A stretch of 59,660 bases of DNA, the filler included, from Sphacelaria rigidula (lineage: Eukaryota): assembly GCA_964200075.2 (NCBI GenBank). It is 8 parts of 8 records of this genome, joined end to end, with 100 filler letters (N's around TTAATTAATTAA, not from the genome) between each part and the next. Parts side by side here need not be neighbours in the genome. Positions count along the whole stretch, not along the records: positions 29,883 to 37,252 come from CAXNAA020015219.1; positions 37,353 to 44,722 come from CAXNAA020015220.1; positions 44,823 to 52,191 come from CAXNAA020015221.1; 5 more parts are not named here. One strand, written 5' to 3'. Positions 36,603-48,146 of the stretch are shown here, piece after piece. The stretch's first letter is position 1, and each line of letters begins with the position of its first letter. The notes beneath the pieces were generated by a model. That model had not been told where the DNA came from. It saw only the letters and a list, made by a program, of their open reading frames with translations, and searched no databases. The position numbers and the translations under genes are program-made.

Positions 36603-36807
36603 CAAGGGCAGGTCGAGTAGAGTATACTCAATCGCGGGGTATTTTGAAAGTCGTACTCAAAATACACAAAGTGGGGGTAGGGTTTTGGGGATCACTTTCC
36701 AGTTATTTTTTGGGTACGACTCCTAACACTCTACCCTAATTTGAGTACTTCAAGTACGCCTTTCAAAATACCCCGCAATTGAGTATACTCTACTTGACCT
36801 ACCCTTG
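36603..36807. mobile_element. MITE with long TIRs in the intron after Fis1 exon 4
   Basis: CAAGGGCAGGTCGAGTAGAGTATACTCAATCGCGGGGTATTTTGAAAG ... CTTTCAAAATACCCCGCAATTGAGTATACTCTACTTGACCTACCCTTG. Related fragments at ~30860-30947 and ~52676-53308. Confidence 0.85.
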
Positions 36808-37476
36808 TTTTTTTTCCAGCTGACACTTTTTTCAAGAGTTGGGGAAGATTTCATCCCTTGATGGTTTTATGTACGTGCATGAAGCGTATGGTTCACCAAA
36901 TAAGTTTCGTTTTGGTTTTTACGTACCTGTACGAAGTCCGGACGTTGTAGTATTCAGTCGTATTCTAATAATGTGTAAGGAGGTGTGGTTTTGCTACAAT
37001 GTGGACTTGGAGGAGGTGAGAAAAGCTTGATATTGGTTTCATCACCCCGAGCTCTCTGAACGTTGCGTCAAGGGAGTGGAACAAAACTCGCGTTCTTGGT
37101 GTCACGGTTAGAACGAATCATCACGACTAAGAATCATCAAATCCACGATTCCTTGGGCCTGATTGCCCAAAAGGGATGAAAAAGTTGATCGCTGGTCAAA
37201 GGGGTATCTACGCAACTTTTGCGCCACTCCACGTGTCTGGGCTGCGTGTACCNNNNNNNNNNNNNNNNNNNNNNNNNNNNNNNNNNNNNNNNNNNNTTAA
37301 TTAATTAANNNNNNNNNNNNNNNNNNNNNNNNNNNNNNNNNNNNNNNNNNNNCCCACTGTCCCGACAACAGGGGCAACCACGCTAAGGCGAGCCCCCCCC
37401 CCCTCCCCCCCCCCCCAAATAAAAATGAAAACAGGTGCTGGGAGCCCTTGCGACAACGAGATCGCTGCTTTGTAAG

Positions 37477-40400
37477 GACCCGGACCAGTAGGGAATCGTT
37501 TGGCCTCAACGGTCCGCAGTTTTTTGGAATCGGGTTCGATGCCGTCCGCACCGTGACGGAGTCTTGGCTGGATACTGTCGGCGCCGCTGTCACGCCCGAA
37601 AACGATCCCGAGAGGTACGAAAAAGTTCGGTTGAAATCGACGTCGTTGCATTCAACCGCGAGCGTAGTCGTTACGCTGGCTGGTCATGGAAACCATGCGC
37701 CTAGAATGGCCTACGCGTAGGCCTTGATTGCTTGATCCGGCTGGCCGTGACGGCCGCTATCTCGCTTGCATCTGGGGCCTTTCGCTGTCTGTTTGTTGCT
37801 GGATGTTCCTTGCCTATATGCTGCGCGATGATGTGGCTGAAACACGACGATCTGTCGCTACTACTTTTTTCACCGATCGGGTTGTCTCAATTTCGGTGGG
37901 TGTTATTCCTTCCGCTCCTGCCCCGCCGACGTATTTGCCCTATTCGAAAACGTACAGTGATGTTCTGCGGCAAGAAGACGACCTTACATATCGTATACGT
38001 ACCCTTACTGCCGACGCTGAGTTTTCCCCTCTCCCCCCCACCTACCGCTTTTGCCCCCGCCTCCGCTCAACTGGATAGTCAATACCGTTTCGTGATGAAC
38101 TTGCCCTCGGAGGACGCAGTGGTGGCATGGCAGCGGCGGCAAGCGGCTAAGAAGGCCGTCGTAAAGGTAATGAGAAAGTAGTACACGTACACTGTGAAGG
38201 AAGTGGCCATCAAGCAGTATGTGCGATGGCGTATTTATGTGCCATGTGCGACAAGCGCAAACGCTTGTATGCAAAAAAGTTCTCAAGCACGAACTGAGAT
38301 ACCAAAAGAGCACAAATGTGGTAACCACCAGATAGAAGGGACAAAGTCCCACAAGCGCCCGTCAAGGACTCACCTTTTCACAGTGGCGGCACCATGAGAT
38401 AGCTCGTACGCTTCACGAACGGAAGGTCCGGGGTTCAAATCCCGGAACCCACCAAAATGGTGGGAGCAGAAGAAATATGGACACACGCTGTAGCAGAGAA
38501 TAGAAACGCACGGAAAATCTCCTGCGGCGATTCTTAGGTCGGTGGCCCGACACACGTACGAGATGAGCGAAATATAACGCAAGATTCCAACCGCTAGCCG
38601 GCGCAAAAGGTTACTCCTACAAAAGCGCCATGAGGTTCATGAACGGGAGGGGTGATATGGGAACTGCCACATAAAATGGACAGCTTCCTGTCCGTCAAGG
38701 ATTCATCTTTGACACACACAAGCGAAGGTTCTCCTCGGAGGGCTGAGTTGATGGAAGCGCGCAGGAGAGTATCTTTCGTTCTCGAACAGACCGGCAAGGA
38801 CTTGTGGAGTGCAGTCACTGTTCCAGAAAACAACATCCGTGACCCCGCCCCCGAAGCGTTCATATGCGAGGCCGATGACCTCATGACTACGGCATGCAAG
38901 AACATGAGTACTCGCCCCCCCCCCCCCGCGCGCGCGATGTATCCAGTTAACAATACCATCAACGTGTGCAACGTGGACAGCGCATCCCTCACGTTGTTGG
39001 GGCCCCGCGACCTCGGCCCCCCAAACAGCTTCCACGCAAGTTTTCCCGCGTCATCAGGCAAACTTGCGAGCTAGCTCACCTGGTTTCCACAAGACACCAC
39101 CCTCCATACTATTTATTATATGTTGTGCTCCGCACCTCATCCACGAATAAATAGCCGTCTCGTCGGCTTTTCCCCCGTCAGTAGGCAGCTTGCCAGCTTA
39201 GCTCACTTGGTCTCCACAAGATAACACTTTTCATTCTTACTAATCTTCCGGAGGAGCCTACCGTCCTCACCAGTCTTGAATGAAACGCCGGAGTTACCCT
39301 CCCTCTCCTGGCCCCACCTGCACGCTCCCGTCCGTTTGCCCGAAATAATTCTAGGCGAATCCGAGTGGTTGTGCCCGAGCTGAGGCCCTGTCGGAGTCAT
39401 CCACTACTGCAAGAACCGGCCGGATCACGAGAACGCTTGTGAGGGCCGCTGAAAAGCTGGGTGTAGGGGAGGACGGAGGCGGTGGAGCGGGGGGCAGATC
39501 GGGAAGCGTAGGCGCAGCTTCGCAGCAGACCCAGCAGGTTTGTGATGTTTTTTGCACGCTAGCTGGCGTTGGAGGAGTCCGCTCCACGACAGGAAATCCA
39601 CTTATTGCTGCATTTGATTTTTCATCGTTGTGTACCCTTACCGAATTTCGTCGCTGAATAATGCGTGAAACGCCATATTTTGTGTACTTCATTCACTCTG
39701 TTGTGTGTCCAGACGTCAAATTTCATAGGGGGGCTGTAGAGTAAGAAGCAGTGTAGCTGCAGGTGAACCACGGAATTTTTTAATCGGAGAGGAAATGGGA
39801 TGTTACGTGCATGTTATAGATGGGTGGGCACTGTTCCTTCGCTTCTTTTTATGCTATAAAATCGATCGATTGTTGGATTGGGTGGTTGGCTGATTTGTCT
39901 CGTGTGAACTGGTTCGTGCGGAACCTGGGATATTGTCAACTCACATGTGCTCGACCCTAAGGCGTCTTGCGTGATCGAGGCGTATGCTATTTTTCTTGCA
40001 TTTACCGTCGTCCGTCCCCTGTCCCCTCTCTTCTCGTTTTTTTTATTTCCTCTCTCCGCATTGACGTTGTCAGGCACAATACCGCCAGCTCAAGCACTTC
40101 CCTACCGGGCACGGGCTTCGCGTGAGGCGGTCACATATCCATGGCTGGGGACTGTTTGCAGAGGAGGAATTCCCGAAAGGTAGAGTGCTGGCTGATTATC
40201 CTGCAGTCTGCATTGTAGACCCCTCCTGGAGTCAGATCAAGGTCACAAGACTGCTACAAGGGCTTCCTCCCTTACTAGAGCTTGGAGACTTCAAGGCAGA
40301 TGTTGTTCACAAACACGCAGTCTCTGTTTTCGGAAATGATCTGTTGCACCTCCGTGGACACATCTAATGTCAAGCAGTCATAGTCATACTCCAGAGAACA

Positions 40401-42262
40401 TCTCATGGCCTACTATCATGATGTAAACTTCATATCCAAATCTCCTGCATGAACCTGCAGCTTATCATGCATCTGCACGTGTACTAGAGGTGGACTACCC
40501 CACGAGTCTCCAGTTTGTGTCAGGGTAAACCAAGGTGGGCAGCACACGACTTTCTTGTGGCTACTCGTGAAGGCTGCTGTTGTGGCTTCAAACACACGCT
40601 GTTGTGCTGTTCCGGCTCGATAGACGTAGAATCGTCTCCGAGAGCAGTTAATCGCACAGTTGCGTCCCAATGTTGTCTTCGTGTGCTTGTGTTGTCATTT
40701 TGTCTGGTTCTGTAGGTTCGCGTTCCTAAATATATTTTTCTAGTGTCACACACACCACCACGCCCACGCATACCGCTAGTACTTGGTAGGTACACCCTGC
40801 TCTTTTCTCGTCTCGAGGACGTCTTCCACAATGTGCACTAATTGGTTCAATTGGCAGTTGATACCACACGAAACGCGCATTTGGGTGACCATTCCACTTG
40901 CTTTCTCATGGAAACTTGCAAATATTCAAAACAGACGCAATGCTGGTGGAGTACATGGGGGAGGTTGTGCGGCAATGCATCGCGGATCTCCGCGAGGTGA
41001 AGTACGAGGAGATGGGAGTGGGCAGCTGCTATCTCTTCCGAGCGGATGCCGATGCCATCGTGGACGCCACCAGGAAGGGAAATCTCGCTCGCTTCATCAA
41101 CCATTGCTGCGATGTGAGAATTATTTTTCGTGTTCCTATGTAACTTCTTATTCCTTGTTTGTGTCATGATCGTTTCATCTTGTGTGCGTGTGCGTGTGCG
41201 TGTGCGTGTGTGTGCTTCGCTTCGTTTTGCAAATGTTTCATTTTTAGCCTTGGTTATGGGTATTGGGTGATATTTTTAGTGGCGGCAATGGGCGAAGGGT
41301 TCGTTGGTCGAGGTGGTGGTGGTCTCTCTATGGGTTCGCGCACAGTAAGTCCTTCTTTGTCGGTTGCGACATTGAAGTCGCCCAGAGCGTGTTCAAAACA
41401 AGCTTCTGGCGACGGGTCGGCATGCACATGTCTATCGCAATAAAACCACGGCTGTAGGTAGTCTTGCTCGTTGTTGTATCGTCGGCGTTGTGTGTTGGAC
41501 TAGATCGCTAGCTGTGCGTAACGTTGGTCCCTCTCGTGCCATGTTTTCCCCTCTGTCCGACTGTGCTATGCTTGCGCGTTCCTGGTCTGCGCGACAGCCG
41601 AACGCCATTGCGCGGATCGTGAACATCGACAGCGGTACGAAGAAGATCATTATCGTGGCTAAGAGGCACATCAAGCCCGGAGAGGAGGTACATTTTGTTG
41701 TGTGTGTGTTTTGATGTTTCGAGTTGAATTTTGCTTTGTTTGTCTCATCTCCTTTTTCGCGAAAATATCTCTTTCATTCCCGCCGTTTTCATCTCTCACA
41801 TACAGCACTGTACCTTTTCCTTTTGATTTTTCCATGGCTTCAAGCAGCTATTCGCGTTTTTTTTTCTTCTATTTCTCATCCCCTCCTTCCCGAGGTCAAT
41901 GGTCTTATTATGACTATGGCATGCATGATCATGAGTATACCCCCCTTAACCCCGAAAATTCTGCCACCAGTATTTTTCACTTTCTGAGATCGCCTCGAAA
42001 CACCGCATCCATTCCTGTGTCCCACGTCCCCAATGGAGAACGTTCTCTCATCCCTCTTCTCGACCGTTTCTTACTCCATTGCTCTGTGGAGTACGGACGT
42101 CCTGGGTTTTTCACCTTGTCGTTAGCTCACTTTTTTTTTTCTTCAATTGTTGCCCATGTGCGCGTGTTCAAAAAGGTGACCTACGATTACAAATTCGAGA
42201 GAGAAGATGGACAGCTGTCATGCCACTGCGGTGCGGCGTGCTGCCAAGGATCGATGAACTGA
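37477..42262 (+). CDS. 3' part of Trithorax/KMT2 (MLL/ATX-like) histone H3K4 methyltransferase: FYRC, Win motif, SET, post-SET
   Basis: Phase-consistent GT-AG exons: 37477-37614 ([26 protein letters not shown]), 38079-38166 (QYRFV...), 39355-39537 ([10 protein letters not shown], Win motif), 40074-40179 ([18 protein letters not shown]), 40935-41113 ([10 protein letters not shown]...GSCYLFR...[18 protein letters not shown]), 41598-41687 (PNAIARIV...[16 protein letters not shown]), 42176-42262 (VTYDYKF...[13 protein letters not shown]). Confidence 0.93.
41891..41945 (+). repeat. Copy of dispersed short element CGAGGTCAATGGTCTTATGACTATGGCATGCATGATCATGAGTACACCCC
   Basis: Other copies: 5817-5866(+), 7699-7741(-), 10808-10858(-), 14780-14842(-), 22898-22957(+), 26181-26220(+), 38867-38920(+), 44823-44861(+). 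Confidence 0.9.
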
Positions 42263-43636
42263 GGGATGATATTATGCCGTAGTCATACCCCGCAAAATGG
42301 AAACGTCGGTTCGACTTCGTTCGCTTTTTTTTCTTGTCTTATCGCTGGAAAAGTACGCGAAGCTCCACACTCATGATGTAATTTGGGACACGAGGGGAAA
42401 CAAGTCAGGCATAGTACGTGTGGGAGACGAACTTTATGGATTTGGAATAGGGGGTGTTAGCGACTGGAGGATACTAGGTTACGAGAGGGGATCAGGAAAC
42501 GGCACAGCCGATTGGAGCCTTGGCGATGCTCACGTGCAAAAGTTGAGCGCTATCACAAAGCAAAGGGGCCATCAATACGTGAACCAAGAGCAAAATTATG
42601 GTCATGCGTGGAGGGAGGTTCAGCGTGAGTGCGGGCGACGGCCGGCGATTCACGCTGAACGTCCAGCGTTGGGAGGAGGATTGTTGATAAAAGGAGCCGT
42701 CTGTTTATCGGGTTATGACATGTGTTCCATGTGCAATTTGTGCTCCTGATGCTGTGCGAGTCGGGGGCGATGTGAACTCAGCAGAAAGAAGCGCAAACCG
42801 GAGGCAAGCGGGGGGCGTCTTTACTACCGGTGTAGAGTTTCCAGACGCGAGCGTTTGTGCGTGATCTGACCACGTTGTTCGCTCTTGTATTTGCTAGGTC
42901 TGAGAACAAGTTGGGATTCTGGGATATCTTTGTATATGCCGCAAGAAGAAAGGCAACCCGAAGAGTATGAAGCGATTTTTGTGCGAGATACCTCGGGCTT
43001 ATAGAGCCTTGTTGTTGGCGCCTTTAGAAAGAAATATAGCCCTGTTGTTCGCAAAGTCAAGATTGAATGGGTCGGGCAACCTTACGGGGGGATCAATCGA
43101 TTTTGCGTGAGAATTACACGGGGGAAGGAGAAGTGCCGTGCGGGGTGTGTTGTTTTTTGGTTTTTGTTGGGGAGGGGGAGGGGGGGGTGACGAGAGGGAA
43201 ATAGCTGTGTCGTTAAGATAGGCTAAAGTGGAGATAGTGATTAATGGCATTCCGCAATCGGTGCCGTGGTTTAATCATATTTGAGGGACGGACCCATACG
43301 TTGACCTTGAACGCGTTTCCTGTAAATTATCATTTCTTTCGTGTGAAAATCTGTCACTTTCCTTTTTAAATAGGACCGGGAGGTATTGGTTTTGGGCTGT
43401 AGGCTGTTGTGGAGAACGGTGGTTTGTTGTGCCTATTTTGTCAAATGATGGTTCAACGTGGCGTTCGCGCTACTCTGGAGCCTCTGCTGTATGAAATTGT
43501 TTCATGTGCTGTACTTCTAATATACATTGTAGGTGATCGCTCCGTCTGTTCTGCTGCGTTTTGCTGCCATCGTTTGTTCGATGATGCGCGGCATTTACGA
43601 ATAACCATGTGTGCAGCCGATGACAGTCGGTCTGCT

Positions 43637-43690
43637 TCGCTGCTGTTGCGCTGCTGTTGCGCTGCTGTTTCGCTGCTGTTTCGCTGCTGT
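43637..43690 (+). repeat. 11-bp minisatellite (CGCTGCTGTT[T/G]) x5
   Basis: Directly visible tandem array. Confidence 0.9.
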
Positions 43691-43759
43691 ATCTCTGTTG
43701 CCTGAAGTGACTCGGAGTTTTTATGATACCGCAGCGTGCACTTTCAACTTTTCAATGTC

Positions 43760-44040
43760 TGAGCGATGAAGGGAACCGCTTGATATCACCCTTTCCTGTG
43801 AATGTGCACATAAAATTCCTTACCAAAACCCCGTACATCTTCGTGACAAGAAATCTCGAAGTCGTCGCCGGCCTTGCAAAAGTACATCCTGGCTATCCTC
43901 CGCGAAGCAAATAGAGCTATCTCGCTCCCGCAGCGAGCATGTGCATCCATGATGAGCTCAGCACATAGGGCAGTCCTCAAACTCCGATAGGAGATTGGGT
44001 CACTGTCGGCGAAAGTAGAAGAGGTGTGTCTTCTTTTTGA
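43760..44040 (-). pseudogene. Possible hAT transposase C-terminal dimerisation-domain remnant
   Basis: Minus strand DPISYRS...RRIARMYF/ARPATT (frameshifted)...RDF, weakly resembling DPLxYW...LARxYLxxPATS..ERxFS. Confidence 0.3.
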
Positions 44041-44584
44041 CATGGGTTAGCTCTTGATCGATTGAGTCTCAATCCTGAATTGAACCTAATCCTGATACGG
44101 CCACTCCTATACAGATTTCAGCCAGCGCGAACTTCGGTCTACTCGATGCATCTCTGTGTAGGCAAGATGTGCGTATGAGCTCCCTCATGTCTTTCGAGCA
44201 GCTATCGTCTCCTCCGGCATGCGAAATTGACATTAACCAGGGCTGTGAACTGGACCAGTTGATTAAACTGGAACTGGTGGTGAGGACTGCGGTTTATCCA
44301 GTTTATTTGAGGTTTGCTGTTACGGGCTATGTTTTCACCAATTTTGGTATAGTGGTTATATAACAAAGATACATTATTACGAACAAAATGGCATCAGAAT
44401 TGGGGCCTGCACCTGATCGCAATACAAGTACAGACAGTACTCGTGGTACGAGCTGGGCCAGCCTAGAAACGCATTGTAAGTTTGTAGGCCCATTCGCAAT
44501 TTAATACTTGGGGTTGGACTCTAAATGTGATATGGACAATCAATAGGGTATAATAAAGAAAAATTATGCATGGACCATTTTTTT

Positions 44585-44722
44585 TGTGCAACTCCTTGTA
44601 AGATTTCGAAGTATTTCGATATTTCCCCGTCCAGCATCATGGCACTTTTGGCACATTCTGTCATCTTCACCATTCTCCACATCTTTCCTCTGATCTCAGC
44701 TTCCCACAATTTCTTCCACAAC
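44585..44722 (-). mobile_element. LINE reverse-transcriptase fragment at the contig end
   Basis: LWKKLWEAEIRGKMWRMVKMTECAKSAMMLDGEISKYFEILQGVAQ, the RT segment leading into the GVxQG motif. Confidence 0.8.
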
Positions 44723-44879
44723 NNNNNNNNNNNNNNNNNNNNNNNNNNNNNNNNNNNNNNNNNNNNTTAATTAATTAANNNNNNNNNNNNNNNNNNNNNN
44801 NNNNNNNNNNNNNNNNNNNNNNCTGATGACTATGGCATGCATGATCATGAGTACACCCCCCTCCCCTCTCACCTTCATC

Positions 44880-46320
44880 GCTAGCCAGGAGCAAAGCGGG
44901 CCTTTCTCTCGACAATTTTGATGTTGAACTCCTCGCGAGCTGTTGTCATGGCTACTGTCCCATCGCTGGGGGCTCTCAAAATTGCGGCTGTCAATGCAAC
45001 AACACTTTGCCCATGACGTAGGTCGATTTGGCTTAGGTACTCGCATTGCCACGCCTCCTTGAACTCCGCCGCTCCATCCTCGACCCCCAGATGCCATTTA
45101 CCCACGTTCTTAGCGGCAGTGACTCAGCGTTGCGAGTCTTTCACCTGCACACGGCGAACAAATCACTTTCTTAGGCCTCCCTCGTGCGGGATAGCCCCTG
45201 CGGCATGTAGGTTCTCCTGGAGGCAGTCCCCTCAGTGTTTCAAAGGCGGTCAAGCTCATCGGACCCTTATGTGGCCAGCCGTCCGAAGATAATTCGCTAC
45301 GGGAGATGTGCTTCGCCCTGTACGATAAGGGCCTCCGCGAACCAAAATCGACGCTTGCGAATGGTCTTTTCGAAAGGTTCGCCTTTGGTCATCTCGAGCG
45401 CGGCCCTGTACGAAAGATTATTTTGTCCAGTGCTACCCTTCCTGCGGAAGCCAACTGCTCGCAGTAAAAGCTCGTAGTGGCCAGTGCGCAGGCTTTTGAG
45501 CCCTCTGGGCGCCACGTCTACGTAGCACATCCGAACAGCTTAGCTCATACCACTTGCACTTCGAGCAACCAGATTCTGAGAGTTTGTTGGGCATTGGGTC
45601 GATCGTACAGGCCATACTTCCGGACGCGCGCCCACGTGGAGCTGATGCAGTGCTTGATTTCGACAAAAATACAATATTCGCGTCTTCACTGACAGCACCA
45701 TGATTGAAAAACTCTGCCGTCTGTTTGTACCGTTTGCCTGCCATGTTGATGACCACCGGTCTCTGGGGAACTAGGTACTGACCACATGCACATGACCTCT
45801 GTCTTGTTCTCCGACACCGTGAGTCCCACAATCCTGGCAGACCACCACTGTCACGGCCATTGTCCTAGCAAGCCCGTCCGGGAACCTCAAGGCTGTGCTT
45901 GTATCATCCCCGTACGGCATTCCCCACACCGTGCGTCACATCCTCTCCAACGAGGCTTGTTCTGTGTGGTTTCCCATCCCCCAATATTTGGCTCATCACC
46001 TCGATGTGTTTTTGCTCCCCCCAAATCCCTGTTTGGTTCACGTTACTCATCGCCGCATTCGATGCCTCTCTATCGTTTATGCCAAATAATCATTCACAGG
46101 TGTTAGTGGGACTGCCCGACAACACCTATCATGATATTGCGGAAAGGTGAGGAAAATTCCTTCACAACCTGGAACGTGTCCAAATCGCTGTGGGCGACAG
46201 CATTAAGCGTGTCGCATACTTGAAGGCATCTACTTACTACCCTGGGTAACAAGTAAGTCTTTCAGAGATAGATTTTATCCTCCGTCGGCGAAGGTTGCGC
46301 GGCCGAAAGCTGTGCCTCTA
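44880..46320 (-). mobile_element. Decayed non-LTR retrotransposon (LINE, RTE-like) RT and C-terminal region; may extend to ~47300 (endonuclease remnant)
   Basis: Minus strand: HSFRPRN (xGFRP motif, ~46300), VWGMPYGDDT (degenerate YADD, ~45901-45929), PVVINMAGKRYKQTAEFF, GHYELLLRAVGFRRK...LSYRAALEMTKGEPFEKTIRKRRFWFAEAL, KWHLGVEDGAAEFKEAW. Many stops and frameshifts. Confidence 0.85.
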
Positions 46321-47307
46321 CACGGCGTCATCGAGATCGATGAACGGAAGCGGAAGCGATGGGTAAGTTCAGAGATTGGACGCCCGAAAGGGCACAGCTA
46401 AAACGCAAAACAAAATACCACGTGGCTCATTGACCACCTTTTCTCCGTCATTCCAGGCCGGCGGGCGTACTCATTTGTTGCTTGCCTTAGTCGTTTGACC
46501 ATTGACCACGCATCCCTATCTCTTTCGAGACGGAGCGGGGGGGGGGCATGAACAACCGGAAGCTTGATTTAAACGGGAGGCTGAATTAATCTTGCTGTGC
46601 AGCACATGACTCCGCAGCTCAGACATGTGCGTCAGACAGCGAAGTTTCTTTGTCGAATTGCCTGCTTCATCATAACAGCTGCACGTGGAAAGGTTAATCA
46701 TTGCGCCTGGCAGCGCAGAATTTCATTTCTCGTGGACTAGCTTTGTAACTTTATTGGCCGTTTTGCTCTCTGGAAAAAATGACAGAATGACGGAGAGGGA
46801 GCTACAGCACGGTGACGTGTTGGTCGAAGAGGGACAACCAATGCCGGCGGTTTTCCTGTAAGGACAAGACCAACTTGCAAGTACATGGCGAAGTTTCAAC
46901 CGTTTCTCCGCTGTCACAGGATAAGACGATCGCTGAGTGTTTAGCTATCCCGTACTGTAGAGAGACGGTTGGGGGGGATTTCTTCATATGCCGGGAGCTA
47001 GCCTGCGTTTTAGTTCCGTCTTTTGTGGCGAGGTTGCAGTGATGGTGCAAACGGGCCGTGCCCCGTAAGTGTTCTCGCCTTGCTTGTGCTCACCCTCGAC
47101 GGTCTCCGCGCTGTCCAGATACCAGAACGTGTGTTTGGACCATACGTACCACGCAGGTAGCAAGCAATCATGTGTATAGATTGTTGACAGGAGACGTGCA
47201 GCAAGCACAACCGAAAATACTGATACAGTCCACCGACGTGGTAGTTGGGTTTTTTCATGGACAAATCACCAGTATCCCGCGCACTATTTGCCATCACCAG
47301 TAAGTCG

Positions 47308-47345
<38 letters not shown>

Positions 47346-47353
47346 CGTGCTAG

Positions 47354-48103
47354 GGTGGAATCCGGCGTGCTAAAGCGCGTCAAGCATCACCGGGAGGGTC
47401 CCGGAGAATTTTTGGTGGATTGTAAGGAGGCGGGATCGGTAACCGGCTTGCTTCACGTCCTTACCCCCGGAGACTCGGATGCGGCCTTCGCCACTGTGAA
47501 AGCGGAGGGTGATGCCAAGGCGAGATAAATATATATATATATATATACAAGTACATACTTGAAGGAGTTTGAAAATAGGTGGCGTGACAAGGCAGGGGTA
47601 ACAGCCAGTATGACATTATTCTCCAAAATAATACAAACGCGAGATAGCTGACGTTCGAGTACCAACACGGCAACAGCAGTTTTGACGATGTGACTAGTGC
47701 AAAAATCACAGGGTAAATACTCCCGCTTGTTGTTGCATTTTGGAAGCTTTGTTGTTTTTACACATCGTGTATTCATCGGTCCCATGTACCATCTGAAGAT
47801 TTCCTTTCGGGTTGAAGAATTGAGCAGGTTTGGACGAACTGTGTTGCGGGCACTGCACGATAGCAAATATTTTTACATCGCCGTGCTTGTCCCTCAAGAG
47901 GCGGCAAAACACGTGGGGGTGTTGTCAGTGGGGATGGAAAAAACAAAGGACTGTATCGCCCCCCTCCCCCCCCCTCTAATGCCCTTCACCAGATGTGGGT
48001 TTCAGACGCTTTAATGAACTCATCCGACGCTTTTGTTTTTAGAAAGTTGAGCTACCCTGACGCGTTTTTATCGACCGTGCGCTATGTATGCATTTCTTTT
48101 GTA

Positions 48104-48146
<43 letters not shown>

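Noticed and set aside
38383-38454. Functional tRNA gene
   Set aside because: A B-box and terminal CCA are present, but the D-arm and acceptor stem do not pair convincingly; more likely a SINE head or pseudogene.
5817-44861. Dispersed CATGATCATGAGTAC motif as CRISPR repeats
   Set aside because: Copies are isolated, in both orientations and on different contigs, with no spacers or cas genes, in a eukaryotic context.
47191-47299. Extra upstream exon of the CNB-LDH gene using CCA|GTAAGT
   Set aside because: It would need a 54-nt intron made mostly of (GTT)n, its translation does not resemble the CNB N-terminus, and it overlaps the probable LINE remnant.
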